NCBI GenBank assembly: GCA_963823655.1 | Contig: CAWGMK010000004.1 | Span: 87,550-151,549, forward strand | Length of the DNA stretch: 64,000 nucleotides | DNA from: an uncultured Bacillota bacterium | GTDB lineage: Bacteria > Bacillota > DTU025 > MWDF01 | Reading direction: 5' to 3' | Shown here: positions 20,910 through 32,528 of the stretch, piece after piece | How the letters are laid out: the number at the start of each line of letters is the position of its first letter | How positions within the stretch are numbered: position 1 is the first letter of the stretch | Notes under the pieces: generated by a model | Databases searched by the model: none | What the model was told of the DNA's origin: nothing | Seen by the model: the letters and a program-made list of their open reading frames with translations, nothing else | Program-made: the position numbers and the translations under genes

Positions 20910-23140
20910 CTGCCCAACTCCTCCACAGAAAGCTGCGACAGAGCTATCTGCCTGTATACCTCGCAGCTGTTTATAAGCTCTTCGTGCTTTCCTACGCCGA
21001 CTATCTCGCCCTCGTCGAGCACCACTATCTTGTCCGCGTGCATTATGGTGCCTATGCGCTGGGCAACGATTAGTATCGTGGCGCCGCTTGTCTTCAAAGA
21101 GAGCGCCTTCCTGAGCTCGGCGTCGGTCCTGAAGTCGAGCGCTGAGAAGGTGTCGTCGAAGATGTAGATCTCAGGCTTCTTCACAAGGGCCCTTGCGATG
21201 GACAGCCTCTGCTTCTGGCCGCCCGACACGTTGGTGCCGCCCTGTGAGATCTCGGAGCCGAAGCCCTCGGGCTTCTCCTTGATGAAGTCTATTGCCTGCG
21301 CCGTCTCGGCGGCTTCGACGAGATCCTCATCTGTAGCCTCCTCGCGCCCGTACCTTAGGTTGCTATCTATGGTTCCTGAGAACAGGATGCCGCGCTGGGG
21401 CACATATCCAATCCTCTCCCTTAGGTCGTGCTGGCTCATGCGCCTTATGTCGACGCCGTCTATGAGCAGCTCGCCCTCGCTTACGTCGAAGAAGCGGGGT
21501 ATGAGGTTTACGAGGGTGGACTTGCCGCTGCCGGTGCCGCCGACTACTGCCGTCGTCTTGCCGGGCTCAGCGGTGAAGTTGATGCCGCAGAGGACGTAAT
21601 CCTCGGCGTCAGGATATTTGAAGGAGACGTCCCTGAACTCGACTTTGCCCTTGAGCTTGCCGTCGAGCTTGACCGGGGACGGGTCGTCTTTTATCGACAC
21701 ATCCGTGCGAAGAACCTCGCCTACGCGCTGCAAGGAGACGGAGGCCCTGGGTATCATGATTGAGACTGCAGAGATCATCAGGAACGCCATTATTATCTGC
21801 ATGGCGTACTGTATGAAGGCCATCATGCTGCCGATTTGCATGCCGCTCTCGTCTATCTGGTGCGCGCCGACCCAGACGATGAGTATGGCTATGCCGTTCA
21901 TCATTAGCATCATGACGGGCATCATAAGGCCCATCATGCGGTTGACGAAGAGGCTTGTGCCGGTGAGGTCCTTGTTGACCGAGTCGAACCTGGCCTCCTC
22001 ATGCCTCTGCTTGCTAAACGCCCTTATAACAGGCAGGCCGGTCAGGGCTTCGCGGGTTACGAGGTTTAGCTTGTCGATTAACTTCTGCACCTTCTTGAAC
22101 TTGGGCATAGCCACCAGGAACAGGGTCAGGACCACTACTGAGATCACGGACACGGCAAGGACTATTATCCAGCTCATGTTCGTATCGGTGTTCATGACCT
22201 TGATGACGCCGCCGATGCCTAGTATCGGGGCGTAGATGACTATCCTGAAGAGCATCATGGTGAGCATCTGTATCTGCTGTATGTCGTTGGTTGTGCGGGT
22301 TATGAGCGACGCGGTGGAGTACTTGTCCATCTCCACATTGGAGAAGGCGACGACCTTGCCGAATACGTCGGCCCTGAGGGATCTTGAGAGGGATGCCGCC
22401 ACCTGGGCGCCGAGGTAGCCGACGATGACCGCAGCCAGCATGCTTATCATGGCGATGAGCAGCATGTTGAGGCCGGCTTTGATTATATAGTCGGTCTGGG
22501 CCTTGGCGACGTCTATGCCAATGGCCTCATACTCGCCTTTTATAAAGAGGGGGGCGGACTGGGTTACGATGCTTGCGGGCATGGCGGCGAAACGCTCGTC
22601 CATCTGCGCTATCATGCCGGCCCTCTGGGCTTCGGGCATCATGCCGATGAGCATGTAAGGGTCGATGCCAGGGGGTATGGGCGGCAGCGAAGTGCCGGGG
22701 GTCGCAAGGCTTGCCAGGCCTCCCTTGTTTATCATGGCCATCACAAGAAGCGGCCTGCCCAATGTCGTATTGAGCTTGTCCATCTCCTCTTCGGTGGTGG
22801 CTTTCAGCTCATATAATGGCACGTCGTTGATGAGCGGATACTTCTTGGCGTAATCCTCAAGCTCATCCGAGCTCATTGCTGCTTTGTCCAGGAGATTATA
22901 GAAGGACAGGACATAGTCCTTGCTCTCCCCGCTCATGAAGAGGGCGGCCTTGTCCAGCTCGGCCTTCCTTATTGCCTTGGGGACGGCGTTTTCTATGCCC
23001 TCCTGCTGTATGCCTACGTTTATGATCCTTGCCATGTAGTCGGGCAGGGCAAGGTCGCTGTTGGCCTGCACGAAAAGCAGGGCAACGATGATGAGTATCT
23101 TGAGCGCGTGCGGCTTCATGTATTTTAGAATTCTAAGCAT
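20906..23140 (-). CDS. Heterodimeric ABC exporter subunit (TM0287-like) with a large extracellular insertion
   Basis: 744 aa; GGTGSGKS, VSGGQKQR, FDDTFSALD, VAQR. Confidence 0.93.
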   Translation of the reverse strand: MLRILKYMKPHALKILIIVALLFVQANSDLALPDYMARIINVGIQQEGIENAVPKAIRKAELDKAALFMSGESKDYVLSFYNLLDKAAMSSDELEDYAKKYPLINDVPLYELKATTEEEMDKLNTTLGRPLLVMAMINKGGLASLATPGTSLPPIPPGIDPYMLIGMMPEAQRAGMIAQMDERFAAMPASIVTQSAPLFIKGEYEAIGIDVAKAQTDYIIKAGLNMLLIAMISMLAAVIVGYLGAQVAASLSRSLRADVFGKVVAFSNVEMDKYSTASLITRTTNDIQQIQMLTMMLFRIVIYAPILGIGGVIKVMNTDTNMSWIIVLAVSVISVVVLTLFLVAMPKFKKVQKLIDKLNLVTREALTGLPVIRAFSKQRHEEARFDSVNKDLTGTSLFVNRMMGLMMPVMMLMMNGIAILIVWVGAHQIDESGMQIGSMMAFIQYAMQIIMAFLMISAVSIMIPRASVSLQRVGEVLRTDVSIKDDPSPVKLDGKLKGKVEFRDVSFKYPDAEDYVLCGINFTAEPGKTTAVVGGTGSGKSTLVNLIPRFFDVSEGELLIDGVDIRRMSQHDLRERIGYVPQRGILFSGTIDSNLRYGREEATDEDLVEAAETAQAIDFIKEKPEGFGSEISQGGTNVSGGQKQRLSIARALVKKPEIYIFDDTFSALDFRTDAELRKALSLKTSGATILIVAQRIGTIMHADKIVVLDEGEIVGVGKHEELINSCEVYRQIALSQLSVEELGR

Positions 23141-23183
23141 TCGTCCTCCAGATGTCCCTAGATTTTGGCGGTGTAATAATCGT

Positions 23184-23639
23184 TTAGTGTCTAACCTTTT
23201 TTATATTGCTCTGGGAGGCCTTCTCGAGGTTGTCCTTGATGTGGACGAGAAGGCGGCGCATGAGCATCATTTCCTCAGCTGAGAAGCCCGAATAGGCCTC
23301 CTGTTGTATCTGGTTCATGGCAAGCTTTGCGGCTTCGGCGATGACTTTGCCTCTGTCCGTTACGTACACGCGGGAGAGCCTGAGGTCCTCTTTGTCCTCT
23401 CTTCTCTCGATCAATCCTGCCTTCTGCATGCGGTTGAGCATTATGGTGATGGTTGCGGGCTTAAGGCTTATCTTTTCGCCCAGGTCCTTCTGCGTAAGCC
23501 CGTCGTGCGCAATCAGGGTGAAGAGAATGGGAGCCTGCGCCGGGTGCAGCTCAAGGCCCTCTATAAGCTGGGTCATCCTGTTTTGTTTTGCCCTCATCAC
23601 CTGGCCCATCAGCATGCCCAGGCTTTTGATATCCTCCAA
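23184..23639 (-). CDS. MarR family regulator
   Basis: GLTQKDLGEKISLKPATITIMLNRMQKAGLI..D.EDLR; paralogue of 14272-14712. Confidence 0.9.
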   Translation of the reverse strand: MEDIKSLGMLMGQVMRAKQNRMTQLIEGLELHPAQAPILFTLIAHDGLTQKDLGEKISLKPATITIMLNRMQKAGLIERREDKEDLRLSRVYVTDRGKVIAEAAKLAMNQIQQEAYSGFSAEEMMLMRRLLVHIKDNLEKASQSNIKKVRH

Positions 23640-23889
23640 ATAAATCACTCCCGGAGAAATTATTTTGCTATACAACGATTGTTGATTATAGAGGTTCGCG
23701 GAGGACGGATGCAATAGGAAAGTTGAGCCATTAAGTCTTCAATTGGCTAGCTCCATTATTTGCAGCTTAGGGCCAAGATTTTAGTAATGATTTGTTTGTC
23801 TAAAAGCTATAGAATCAAAGTGGCTTATAAGAGTACGAAGCATACGCTATCACCATCTAACAGGTTCAGAGGAGTGCACAGGAGGCAAG

Positions 23890-25170
23890 ATGATAGGGGT
23901 TGTCGCAGACGACTTCACCGGCGCAAACGATATTGGGATTATGTTCGCCAAGAACGGGTACAAGGTGCTCGTCTATTCCGAATATGGCAACCCGTCAGGG
24001 CTTGACGCCGATTCGGACGTGATAATCCTCAATACGAATAGCAGGCTGGACCCTCCCGCATTAGCTTACAAAAAGGTCCGAGAGGCGACTTCTATACTAA
24101 AAACCATCGGATGCGATACTTTCCACAAGAAGACTTGCTCTGTCTTCAGAGGAAACATCGGGGCGGAGTTCGATGCAATGCTCGATGAGCTTGGAGAGGA
24201 GTTCTGTGCTGTCGTCCTCGGCTTTCCGAAGCTTGGAAGGGTGACGCGGGATGGCATCCACTATGTGCACGGCGTTCCTCTTGAAGAGTCCGATTTCAGG
24301 AACGACCCTATCCATCCGATGCGGGAATCCGACCTGGTAAGCATACTGTCAAAGCAGACCTCAAGGAAAGTAGGCCTCATTCCACATTCGGTCATCTCCC
24401 TCGGTGTCGAAGCCACGAGGGTGGCAATGAGAAAAGCGATGGGAACATACCAATACCTTATATTCGACATCCTGGATCAAGAGATGTTGAATACCGTAGC
24501 CGGCGCAGTAAGAGATGTCAAAGTTCTTGCAGGTAGCTCAGCCATAGGCGAGGAGCTGCCCAAGTGGCTCGGCAAAGAAGGTAAAGGCAGGAAAGCAGAC
24601 CTCTCAGGCTTACGCCGTGCGGACCTTGGGACTCTGATTATCGCAGGCAGCGTTACTCCTCAGACCCAAAGGCAGGTTAAGCGCGCTATAGCTGATGGTA
24701 TGCACCATTTCGAAATCAAGTCGCAGGCGCTCCTTGACCCCTCATCCCGCGACTCCATGATCAAGGAATGCGTCCAATTTGCGTCTGATGCTATTCAAAA
24801 TGGTGATGCCTTCTTAGTCCATACGGAGAACGAGACTGAACAGGTGGCAGCGGCGAAAGCAAAGGGCCTTGAGGCCGGGTATGGTGAGCGAGAGCTCGGA
24901 AGGATGGTATCATCCGCCCTTTCGGACATCGCCGAAGCCATTATCAAGAAAACTGGCCTCACAAGGATCATCATCCTGGGCGGCGAGACGTCCGGTGCAA
25001 TATGCGAAAGGCTGGGTATTATTGGCAACATGCTGCTAAAAGAGATTACGCCAGGGGTCCCCTCCGTGCTTACGCTAGGAGGAGCATCCTTGCTGATGGC
25101 ACCTAAGTCGGGAAGCTTCGGCGATGACGATTTCATTAAGGTGGCTGAAGAGCATTTGAAGGGCCTTTAA
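23890..25170 (+). CDS. Four-carbon acid sugar kinase family (DUF1537/YgbK-like)
   Basis: MIGVVADDFTGAND, KK.CS.FRGNIG.E, GGETSG, KSGSFG. Confidence 0.9.
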   Translation: MIGVVADDFTGANDIGIMFAKNGYKVLVYSEYGNPSGLDADSDVIILNTNSRLDPPALAYKKVREATSILKTIGCDTFHKKTCSVFRGNIGAEFDAMLDELGEEFCAVVLGFPKLGRVTRDGIHYVHGVPLEESDFRNDPIHPMRESDLVSILSKQTSRKVGLIPHSVISLGVEATRVAMRKAMGTYQYLIFDILDQEMLNTVAGAVRDVKVLAGSSAIGEELPKWLGKEGKGRKADLSGLRRADLGTLIIAGSVTPQTQRQVKRAIADGMHHFEIKSQALLDPSSRDSMIKECVQFASDAIQNGDAFLVHTENETEQVAAAKAKGLEAGYGERELGRMVSSALSDIAEAIIKKTGLTRIIILGGETSGAICERLGIIGNMLLKEITPGVPSVLTLGGASLLMAPKSGSFGDDDFIKVAEEHLKGL

Positions 25171-25216
25171 CAGGCCCTTTAAAAATTCTCTGTGAGTCCA
25201 AATCAATGATTGATCT

Positions 25217-26358
25217 TTACATCTCCCCAGATACAAACCTAATAAACATATGGAGGACATCAAATAGCTGACCCATCTCTACATATTCCTCCGGTTGATG
25301 CGCTTTACCAATAGATCCTGGTCCGCATACTAACAATGGCATTCTTTCTAATTTCGACAATCACTGATCCGTCAGTCGAATATGCTACGACTTTTAAGCC
25401 TTTGCTTTCATTATTGTTTGGGTTTGCTGCTCTAATAAACCTTTGAACTAATGGCAATCCGTAATCGCTGACAACTGGCTTCACATACTGGCGGATGCTG
25501 GTTTCAGAGTTTACTCCCCATTTGTCACTTACTCTCCTGCTTGCTTCAGAGACAATTGCAAGCGACATATTGTAGTCGTCCTCGTCTACTACCCTGAAGT
25601 CGACTCCTACTTTGGCTGAATTCGGAATTACATTTATCTGCCATCCTCCATGCACTTCGTCTACACTCCCTGTAGAATGGCCGAGATTCGGTTTATCCAA
25701 GAACCCTTTGCAGGATTCTGTGACCGTTACTGCAAAATCGGCAGCTGCCACAGCTGCATTAGCACCCATTTCAGGCAAGGCAGCATGTGCAGCACGCCCA
25801 CTGAAAGTAGTATCTACCCAAAGTTGCCCCTTTTGGCCTATACATAAGGCACCTTCAGTTGGTTCCGGGATTATTAGAGTTCCGTATCCTTAAAACATCC
25901 AGCTTCAGCAAGCGCTCTTGCGCCTCTATATCCCTTTTCCTCTTCGACAGTGAAGCCGAATATTATCGATTTCTCTGGCGTCACTTTATTCCTAATCAGC
26001 CAAGCGGCGGTCCCTATCATGGTCACCAAACCGCTTTTCATGTCAGATGATCCTCTACCATACATGCGTGTGCCTTCGATGTCGGCACCGAAAGGATCGT
26101 GTATCCAGTCCTGCCCTCTTACGTCAACAGTGTCCAAATGGCCTACAAATGCAACAGAGCCTGCTTGCTTACCGGGGATCTTCACATAGATTGGATTTCT
26201 CTCATCATCGATCTTCACCATCTGCGGCTCTAATCCGAGTTTTATCAGGTACTCCTTAATAAACTTGACGATCTCACCTTCATGCCCTGTAGTGCTTTCA
26301 ATTCTTACCAAACTGCTTAGCAGCTCCAAAAGTTCTTTACGAGTCAGTCCGTTGCCAT
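25217..26358 (-). CDS. M20 family metallo-hydrolase (ArgE/DapE-like), frameshifted
   Basis: GHLDTV, GRGSSDMKSG, EEE, PEPT, GRAAHAA, NVIP, GPG...AHQPEEYV across fragments. Confidence 0.85.
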
Positions 26359-26595
26359 ACTCTATATGAATTACCCCCTTAACAGTAAGCGGCCCCATAC
26401 ACTACAGCATAGGGCCGCTTCCTACATCATTAGTTCAACACAACTCTATCAAAATTCGGACTAGGACCAGCTTTGACTAATGCTCATGCACTCATTAAGC
26501 AAAAGATGGCAGAACAGCACTAGCTTGCATTGTTTACCGGATGCTTCCCCCATCAATAGGCCAAAAGGCTCCAACGTCAAATAACGATCGATAGA

Positions 26596-27247
26596 CTAAA
26601 GTACTCCCTCGAGGGCAACGGCCCTTATCGGGAACGCGTCGAGGCCGACTATCGCCACCGGCACGCCTATGAAGAAGAAACGGCGCTCCCTGAGCTGGTC
26701 GAGGTTTACCATGACCTCGATGAGCGGGATGTCCTTCTCAAGCATGTACACGTGGGTCTTCATGTTTCCGAGCGGAGTCCAGAACTCTTCCATCTTGAAA
26801 GTAAGGTCGAGGCCGAGTATCTTGATGTTCAGATCGGCCAGGTATCTTACAGCCTCATTGGACAGGAAGTTCTGGTCGTCTCCCTTGTACTTGGAGTTGC
26901 CCATAATGACGATGTCGCCGGTCTTCACGCCGAAGCTCTTTACGAACTCCGATGTTATGCCGACCTTGGGGCCAGGCCCGCCAGGTTGATGAACACTGCC
27001 TCGCCCATCCATGCTTCGGGCGGGAAGTCTGCAAGGTCCTTGCATTTGGTTCCGCGCAGCGGTTCGATGAAGTGCGACGGCACTTCGACGTGCGTGCCGA
27101 TGTGGCTCATGGTGTCGATCTCGTGCATTACCTCGCCCGCATACACCTTATAGGATCTGATCTCCAGCCTGCGCTCCTCTTTGCCGGGGTGGCATACTCT
27201 GACAGGTCCACTACTCTTGCCTTCTTGAATGCTTCTACGAAATTCAA
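26596..27247 (-). CDS. Cyclase family (kynurenine formamidase-like) protein, frameshifted
   Basis: SHIGTHVEVPSH, LGLD, THVYML, LIEVMVNL, DAFPIRAVA. Confidence 0.85.
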
Positions 27248-27335
27248 CTCTTCTGCACCTTCCCTTCGCCATTAAAGAATCTAGCCAATTGCCACGGGTA
27301 TTTAATTGCTGTAAAGGATCCCTATAAGGATTTTA

Positions 27336-28277
27336 TTAATACGTGAATTTCCTTTTTATTACTTTAACTGCTGTATCGAAAACATTATTTGCTACTAATC
27401 CATTACACCTAAGAAGGTCTACATAAGCCCCTGATATTCCGAATGAGTTGTTTATTCCAATGCATTCTATTGGAATACAATAATTCGAACCAGTCAATTC
27501 ACAGATTGCTGAACCTAAACCGCCAATAATGCTATGCTCTTCTACTGTCAGGGCTGCTTTTGTCTTTTTTACAGAATTTAGAATTGCTTCTTCGTCAAGA
27601 GGCTTTATGGTATGCACCTCGATCAAATCAGCTCCTATTCCAAGAGCTTTTAATTTAGTAGTTGCTTCAATGGCAACACTAACCATGGAGCCGCTCGCAA
27701 AAATCGATAAGTCTTGACCACTTTCTAATGTAATGGCCTTTCCAATAATGAAAGCGTCATCCAGCTTTTGTATCTCTGGTACAGGATTTCTCATAAGCCT
27801 GAAGTATACAGGGCCTATATGTGATGCAATTTCTGGAATTGCGAATGTAACTTGCCTCGCATCAGAGAGATTTATAACAGTCATATTAGGTATGCTTCTC
27901 ATTATGGCAAAATCACAAATATCCTGATGTGTGGCACCATCATATGAGTTGGAGAGGCCTCCGTATGAACCGGCGATTTTCACAGAAAGATTCGGATATG
28001 CTATCCCGGTTCTTAGCTGCTCTAAAGCTCTTTCTGTAACCAAGAAACTAAAGCTATTTACAAATGGTATAATGCCTGTGCTTGCCATTCCAGCTGCTAT
28101 ACTCATCATATTTGCTTCCGCTATGCCAATATTGAAAAACCTATCAGGATAGACCTCCGAGAACATTTTCGTCTTCGTAGATTTTGAAACATCTGAATCT
28201 AGTACAACTACATTAGGAAACTTTTTTGCTATTTCGATCAGTGAATTAGCATATGCTTCTCTCATGCAATAATTCAT
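27336..28277 (-). CDS. Transketolase, C-terminal subunit
   Basis: RFFNIGIAEANM, DGATHQ, TIKPLD, VEEHSIIGGLGS. Confidence 0.93.
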   Translation of the reverse strand: MNYCMREAYANSLIEIAKKFPNVVVLDSDVSKSTKTKMFSEVYPDRFFNIGIAEANMMSIAAGMASTGIIPFVNSFSFLVTERALEQLRTGIAYPNLSVKIAGSYGGLSNSYDGATHQDICDFAIMRSIPNMTVINLSDARQVTFAIPEIASHIGPVYFRLMRNPVPEIQKLDDAFIIGKAITLESGQDLSIFASGSMVSVAIEATTKLKALGIGADLIEVHTIKPLDEEAILNSVKKTKAALTVEEHSIIGGLGSAICELTGSNYCIPIECIGINNSFGISGAYVDLLRCNGLVANNVFDTAVKVIKRKFTY

Positions 28278-29137
28278 TCATTGGCACCACATTTCAATTC
28301 GGTCAATGCTTCTAGATACTCCTCCTCGGTTGGCACTCTTCCATGCCACTCACTTGTGTTTTCCATAAATGAGACGCCTTTGCCCTTTATTGTATGAGCG
28401 ATTATTAAACTAGGATGCATATCTTTGACAGCATACCTGTAGCTGTTGATAAGCTCCTCACTTGAATGTCCGTTACACTCGTAAACCTTCCAATTAAATG
28501 CTTCCCACTTCTTACGAAATGGTTCCATACACAAGATTTCGGATGTACATCCATCAAGCTGGTATCGGTTATTGTCGATAATAGCAGTAATATTACCAAG
28601 TTTCATATGAGCAGCGAAAGATGCCGCTTCCCAAATCTGGCCTTCATTGCATTCTCCATCGCCCATTATTACCCATGTGTGGTAACTTCTATTATTCAGT
28701 TTACCTGCCAATGCCATACCAATTCCGAAAGATAACCCCTGACCTAATGACCCTGTAGAAATATCGATCCCAGGAGTCTTATTCATATCAGGGTGTCCCT
28801 GTAGAATGCTTCCCACTTGTCGGAAGTGCTTAAATTCTTCTCGGCTAAAGAAGCCCATCTCGGAGAGCACCGCATATAATGCTGGCGCGGCATGGCCTTT
28901 TGATAAAACTAACCTGTCTCTATCTGCCCAATCTGATATCCTTGGGTTGACTTTAAGCTGGTATAGATATAGTGATGCTAAGATCTCAGCGATCGAAAAC
29001 GAACCGCCAATGTGACCAGATTTTGCCCCATAAATCATACTCAAAACGTCAATTCTGATTCTGTTGGCCAATCGATCAACTGCTTGCGCCTTATACGTTA
29101 ATGAATCTTCATTTCGGTAACTTTGCACAAGTTGCAT
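28274..29137 (-). CDS. Transketolase, N-terminal subunit
   Basis: SGHIGGS, DRLVLSKGH, LQGHP, STGSLGQG, GDGE..EG.IWEA. Confidence 0.93.
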   Translation of the reverse strand: MQLVQSYRNEDSLTYKAQAVDRLANRIRIDVLSMIYGAKSGHIGGSFSIAEILASLYLYQLKVNPRISDWADRDRLVLSKGHAAPALYAVLSEMGFFSREEFKHFRQVGSILQGHPDMNKTPGIDISTGSLGQGLSFGIGMALAGKLNNRSYHTWVIMGDGECNEGQIWEAASFAAHMKLGNITAIIDNNRYQLDGCTSEILCMEPFRKKWEAFNWKVYECNGHSSEELINSYRYAVKDMHPSLIIAHTIKGKGVSFMENTSEWHGRVPTEEEYLEALTELKCGANE

Positions 29138-29146
29138 GTAATCACC

Positions 29147-30136
29147 CTATAATTCTTTCCTCTTCATGCGCCTGTCAAATATTACGGTAATTACGATTAC
29201 GCTTCCGATGACGACTTGATGAAGGAATGATGAGATATTTAGTAGATTTAGTGCATTCCCAATTATTGCAATCAAAACGACCCCTGATAATGTACCATAT
29301 ATCGTTCCTTGTCCTCCTGAGAATGAAGCACCACCAACTACAGAAGCGGCAATAGCATATAATTCCATTCCATTTCCACCTGATGGTTGTCCACTCGCCA
29401 TTCGTGAGGCCAACATGACTCCCGACAATCCAGCCAATGAACCTGAGATTATGAAAGTTGTGACAATTATTCTAGCAAGGTTAATCCCTGATACTTTAGC
29501 GGCCTTTCTATTGCCACCAACCGCATATATATGTCTTCCGAAAACAGAGCTTGACATCATAATGTGAATTGCGATTCCTACTATGGCGACTACGATTATT
29601 GGTACTGGCATGAAGCCAATATAGCCTCGTCCTACTATCGTAAATGCGTCTTTAAAGGGGACTATTGGGACCCCTTGAGTCACGTACAATATCCCACCAG
29701 CTAGTAGGATTTGCATAGAAAGTGTAGCTAAATACGGTTCCATTCTTCCAATGGTGACCAGTAATCCATTTACTAATCCCACACAAGAGCCGGCAATAAT
29801 ACCTGCTAGTAATGCCAATGGAATACTTACACCAATCTTTACTAAATAGGCAGCTAAGCAGCCGCTAAGACTTACTATCGGGCCTACGGAAAGGTCAATA
29901 CCACCCGATATAATCACCATAGTCTCGGACATAGCCAGGAGGAATAGAAAACTATTCTGTCGCAAGACATTAATGATGTTTTCTGAAGTTAAGAACCATG
30001 GGCTTAGTATAGATACAAGAACGCCCACGCCAAAAGTAATTGCAATGATTCCAAAATTCCTATTGTTTAATCTTATTTTAGGCTTCTTGTTTTCCTTATT
30101 TGCTGTAGAACTAAGCTCCTTTGGTGACATCAACAT
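29147..30136 (-). CDS. Sugar ABC transporter permease (RbsC-like)
   Basis: GGIDLSVG, FGRHIYAVGGN..AA..SGI, ELYAIAASVVGG. Confidence 0.93.
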   Translation of the reverse strand: MLMSPKELSSTANKENKKPKIRLNNRNFGIIAITFGVGVLVSILSPWFLTSENIINVLRQNSFLFLLAMSETMVIISGGIDLSVGPIVSLSGCLAAYLVKIGVSIPLALLAGIIAGSCVGLVNGLLVTIGRMEPYLATLSMQILLAGGILYVTQGVPIVPFKDAFTIVGRGYIGFMPVPIIVVAIVGIAIHIMMSSSVFGRHIYAVGGNRKAAKVSGINLARIIVTTFIISGSLAGLSGVMLASRMASGQPSGGNGMELYAIAASVVGGASFSGGQGTIYGTLSGVVLIAIIGNALNLLNISSFLHQVVIGSVIVITVIFDRRMKRKEL

Positions 30137-31634
30137 TGCCTCCTGTCATTAGCTCAAGTACATGGCTGTAAGAAATATCTGGTGGCAACAATTCTGAAAT
30201 GATCTCTCCTTTTCGCATAATCAGAACTCTGTCACTTACCTGTAATGCTTCACGAATATCAGAAGTAAGCACAATCACTCCAGCCCCTGCACAAGAAACA
30301 GCCTCAAGTATCTTATAGAATTCTTGACGAGTGCCTACATCTATACCCCTTGTTGGCTCATCCAGGATTAATAGGTCAGGTTCCATTAACAGCCACTTAC
30401 TGAGTACGACTTTCTGCTGATTTCCTCCACTTAAATTCGCTGCAATTTGATTAGGACCGCTCGTCTTTATTGATAGTTTTTCAATCATTTTATTGGTAAG
30501 TTCTTCTTCGTCTTTTCGTCTTATCAAACTTATCTTATTAGCAATTCGATTTAGAATTACGATGCAACAATTGTCCAAAATGCTATGTATCAGAACAAGC
30601 CCATCATCTCTCCTGCTTTCCGTAGCAAAGCCGATTTTATTTCTAATAGATTGCTCTGGATTCTTAGCGCCAAAATCCTTACCTTTCAAGCTTATTCTCT
30701 CTGTATCCGCATGATCCAAGCCGAAAATTGCCCTAGCTAATTCAGTCTTTCCAGAGCCTACGATGCCAACAATGCCAACAATCTCACGTTTTCCTACGGT
30801 CATTGAAATGTTGTTTATCTTATCGTTTCTAATTCCTTTAACAACAAAATGATTCTTCTCTATTACCTTTTCCGAAACCGGTTTAACAACATCGAATGCG
30901 ATATTACGACCAACCATCAATCTAACTATTTCGGAATGATTCGTCTCACTCGTTTTTAAAGTTGCAACCAATTCGCCATTTCTGAAAACCGTAATATTAT
31001 CAGATATTTCAAATACTTCATTTATCTCGTGCGATATGTATATTACTGCAATTTTCTTTTCCTTTAGTCTCCTGATGATGTTAAATAGCTTCAGAACTTC
31101 AGTTCTACTGAGAGAGGAAGTAGGTTCATCTAGTATGATAAGTTTTGTCGCTGCCGAGACGCACCTACAGATCTCCACCATTTGTTGTTCAGAAATTGGA
31201 AGAGAGCCAACCTTAGTTCTAACATCAATATCAAATCCTACTTCTTTAAGCACATCTCTAGAATCGGCAAATAACTTCTTCCAATCTACAAATCCGAATT
31301 TATTCCGCGGTTCCCTTCCCAGAAATATATTTTCGCCTACTGTTAGATGGGGGACAGAGCTTAGTTCCTGATAAACCGTGCTTATACCGTTTTGAGAAGA
31401 TTGTTTAGGAGAGTTAATCGAAGCCTTTTCCCCCATAATATGAAGTTCACCGCAATCGGAGCAGTAAACACCTGAAATTATGTTAATCAGTGTTGATTTT
31501 CCTGCGCCATTTTCTCCCACTATCGCTCGTACTTCTCCCGGCATTATGCTTAAAGAGACTTGATTCAAAGCTTGAACGCCTGGAAAAAACTTTGAGATAG
31601 ACTTAACCTCAAGAAAAGGGACCAAATTAATCAC
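30111..31634 (-). CDS. Sugar ABC transporter ATP-binding protein (RbsA-like)
   Basis: GENGAGKST, LDEPT, LSGGNQQKV, DEPTRGIDVG. Confidence 0.94.
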   Translation of the reverse strand: MINLVPFLEVKSISKFFPGVQALNQVSLSIMPGEVRAIVGENGAGKSTLINIISGVYCSDCGELHIMGEKASINSPKQSSQNGISTVYQELSSVPHLTVGENIFLGREPRNKFGFVDWKKLFADSRDVLKEVGFDIDVRTKVGSLPISEQQMVEICRCVSAATKLIILDEPTSSLSRTEVLKLFNIIRRLKEKKIAVIYISHEINEVFEISDNITVFRNGELVATLKTSETNHSEIVRLMVGRNIAFDVVKPVSEKVIEKNHFVVKGIRNDKINNISMTVGKREIVGIVGIVGSGKTELARAIFGLDHADTERISLKGKDFGAKNPEQSIRNKIGFATESRRDDGLVLIHSILDNCCIVILNRIANKISLIRRKDEEELTNKMIEKLSIKTSGPNQIAANLSGGNQQKVVLSKWLLMEPDLLILDEPTRGIDVGTRQEFYKILEAVSCAGAGVIVLTSDIREALQVSDRVLIMRKGEIISELLPPDISYSHVLELMTGGNVDVTKGA

Positions 31635-31657
31635 CTTCTTCTAATAGAAACCTTGTT

Positions 31658-32488
31658 TTAAAGAATTGCCAATGCCCTGCCAGGTCCGCCGGTTCCACCT
31701 TCAACTTTTATTGGAAGGAATATATAGAAGGCCCCTCTTGGTGGCAATTTGCCCAGGTTGCATAGCTTTTCAGTACATACCAGCCCTCTGCCAAGGCCCG
31801 CCCAGTGCGGTGAGTTATCATCTTAAATCATTCCAAGACTAGGCGTGTCTACACCTATATGCTTAACTCCCCGATCCATAATGTATGTAATCGTCTCGGC
31901 CGAAGGCGCAGGGAAACCTTGTGTTCTTTCTCTTCCCCATAATGGAGACCAGAACCTGCAGTCCCAATCTAGTTTGTAGCCTTCAGGATATTTCTTGAAG
32001 TGCAGATCGGTCCATCCTGTATATAGAAGTACTACTTCACCTTCCGTAATCTTTCCGTGCTTCTTTTCCCATTCAATAATCTTTGATGGGCCTATTACTG
32101 GACTTACGCCAGGCTTTTCAGTGCCAACTAAATCAGTGCAATCAATAACAACTGCTGGTCCCATGGTCTGTACTAAGGGTATCTTTTCAAGTGTGAACTC
32201 TGACATATCGCTAGCATGAGGCAATCCGGTACTTACTGGCGGAATAACATGTGCAGGCGCATCACAATGAGTCCCTGTGTGTTCCTCCAAAGTAAGTACG
32301 AAATCAGTATATGGAGCTCTTGACATGAATCCTTTACCAGGTTCAAACCAATTCATCCTTGATTTTAAAAAAGGCTGGCCGCCTGGACACCAAGCCGGTG
32401 TATCCTCAGAGATTAGGACAGACAAGTCAATAACCTTGAAATCCTCACTCAGAAACATTCTCGAAATCTCTTTTCCAAAGTTAGCCAT
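31658..32488 (-). CDS. Cyclase family protein copy A, with in-frame TAA at 31823-31825
   Basis: EHTGTHCDAPAH, GVDTPSLGMI*DDNSPHWAGL..TEKL.NLG.LPP.GA..IFLPIKVEGGTGGPGRALAIL; terminal TAA at 31658-31660. Confidence 0.88.
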
Positions 32489-32528
32489 CTTTATGTCCTC
32501 CTCAATTTCTAGAAATGTTAAAGCCTTA

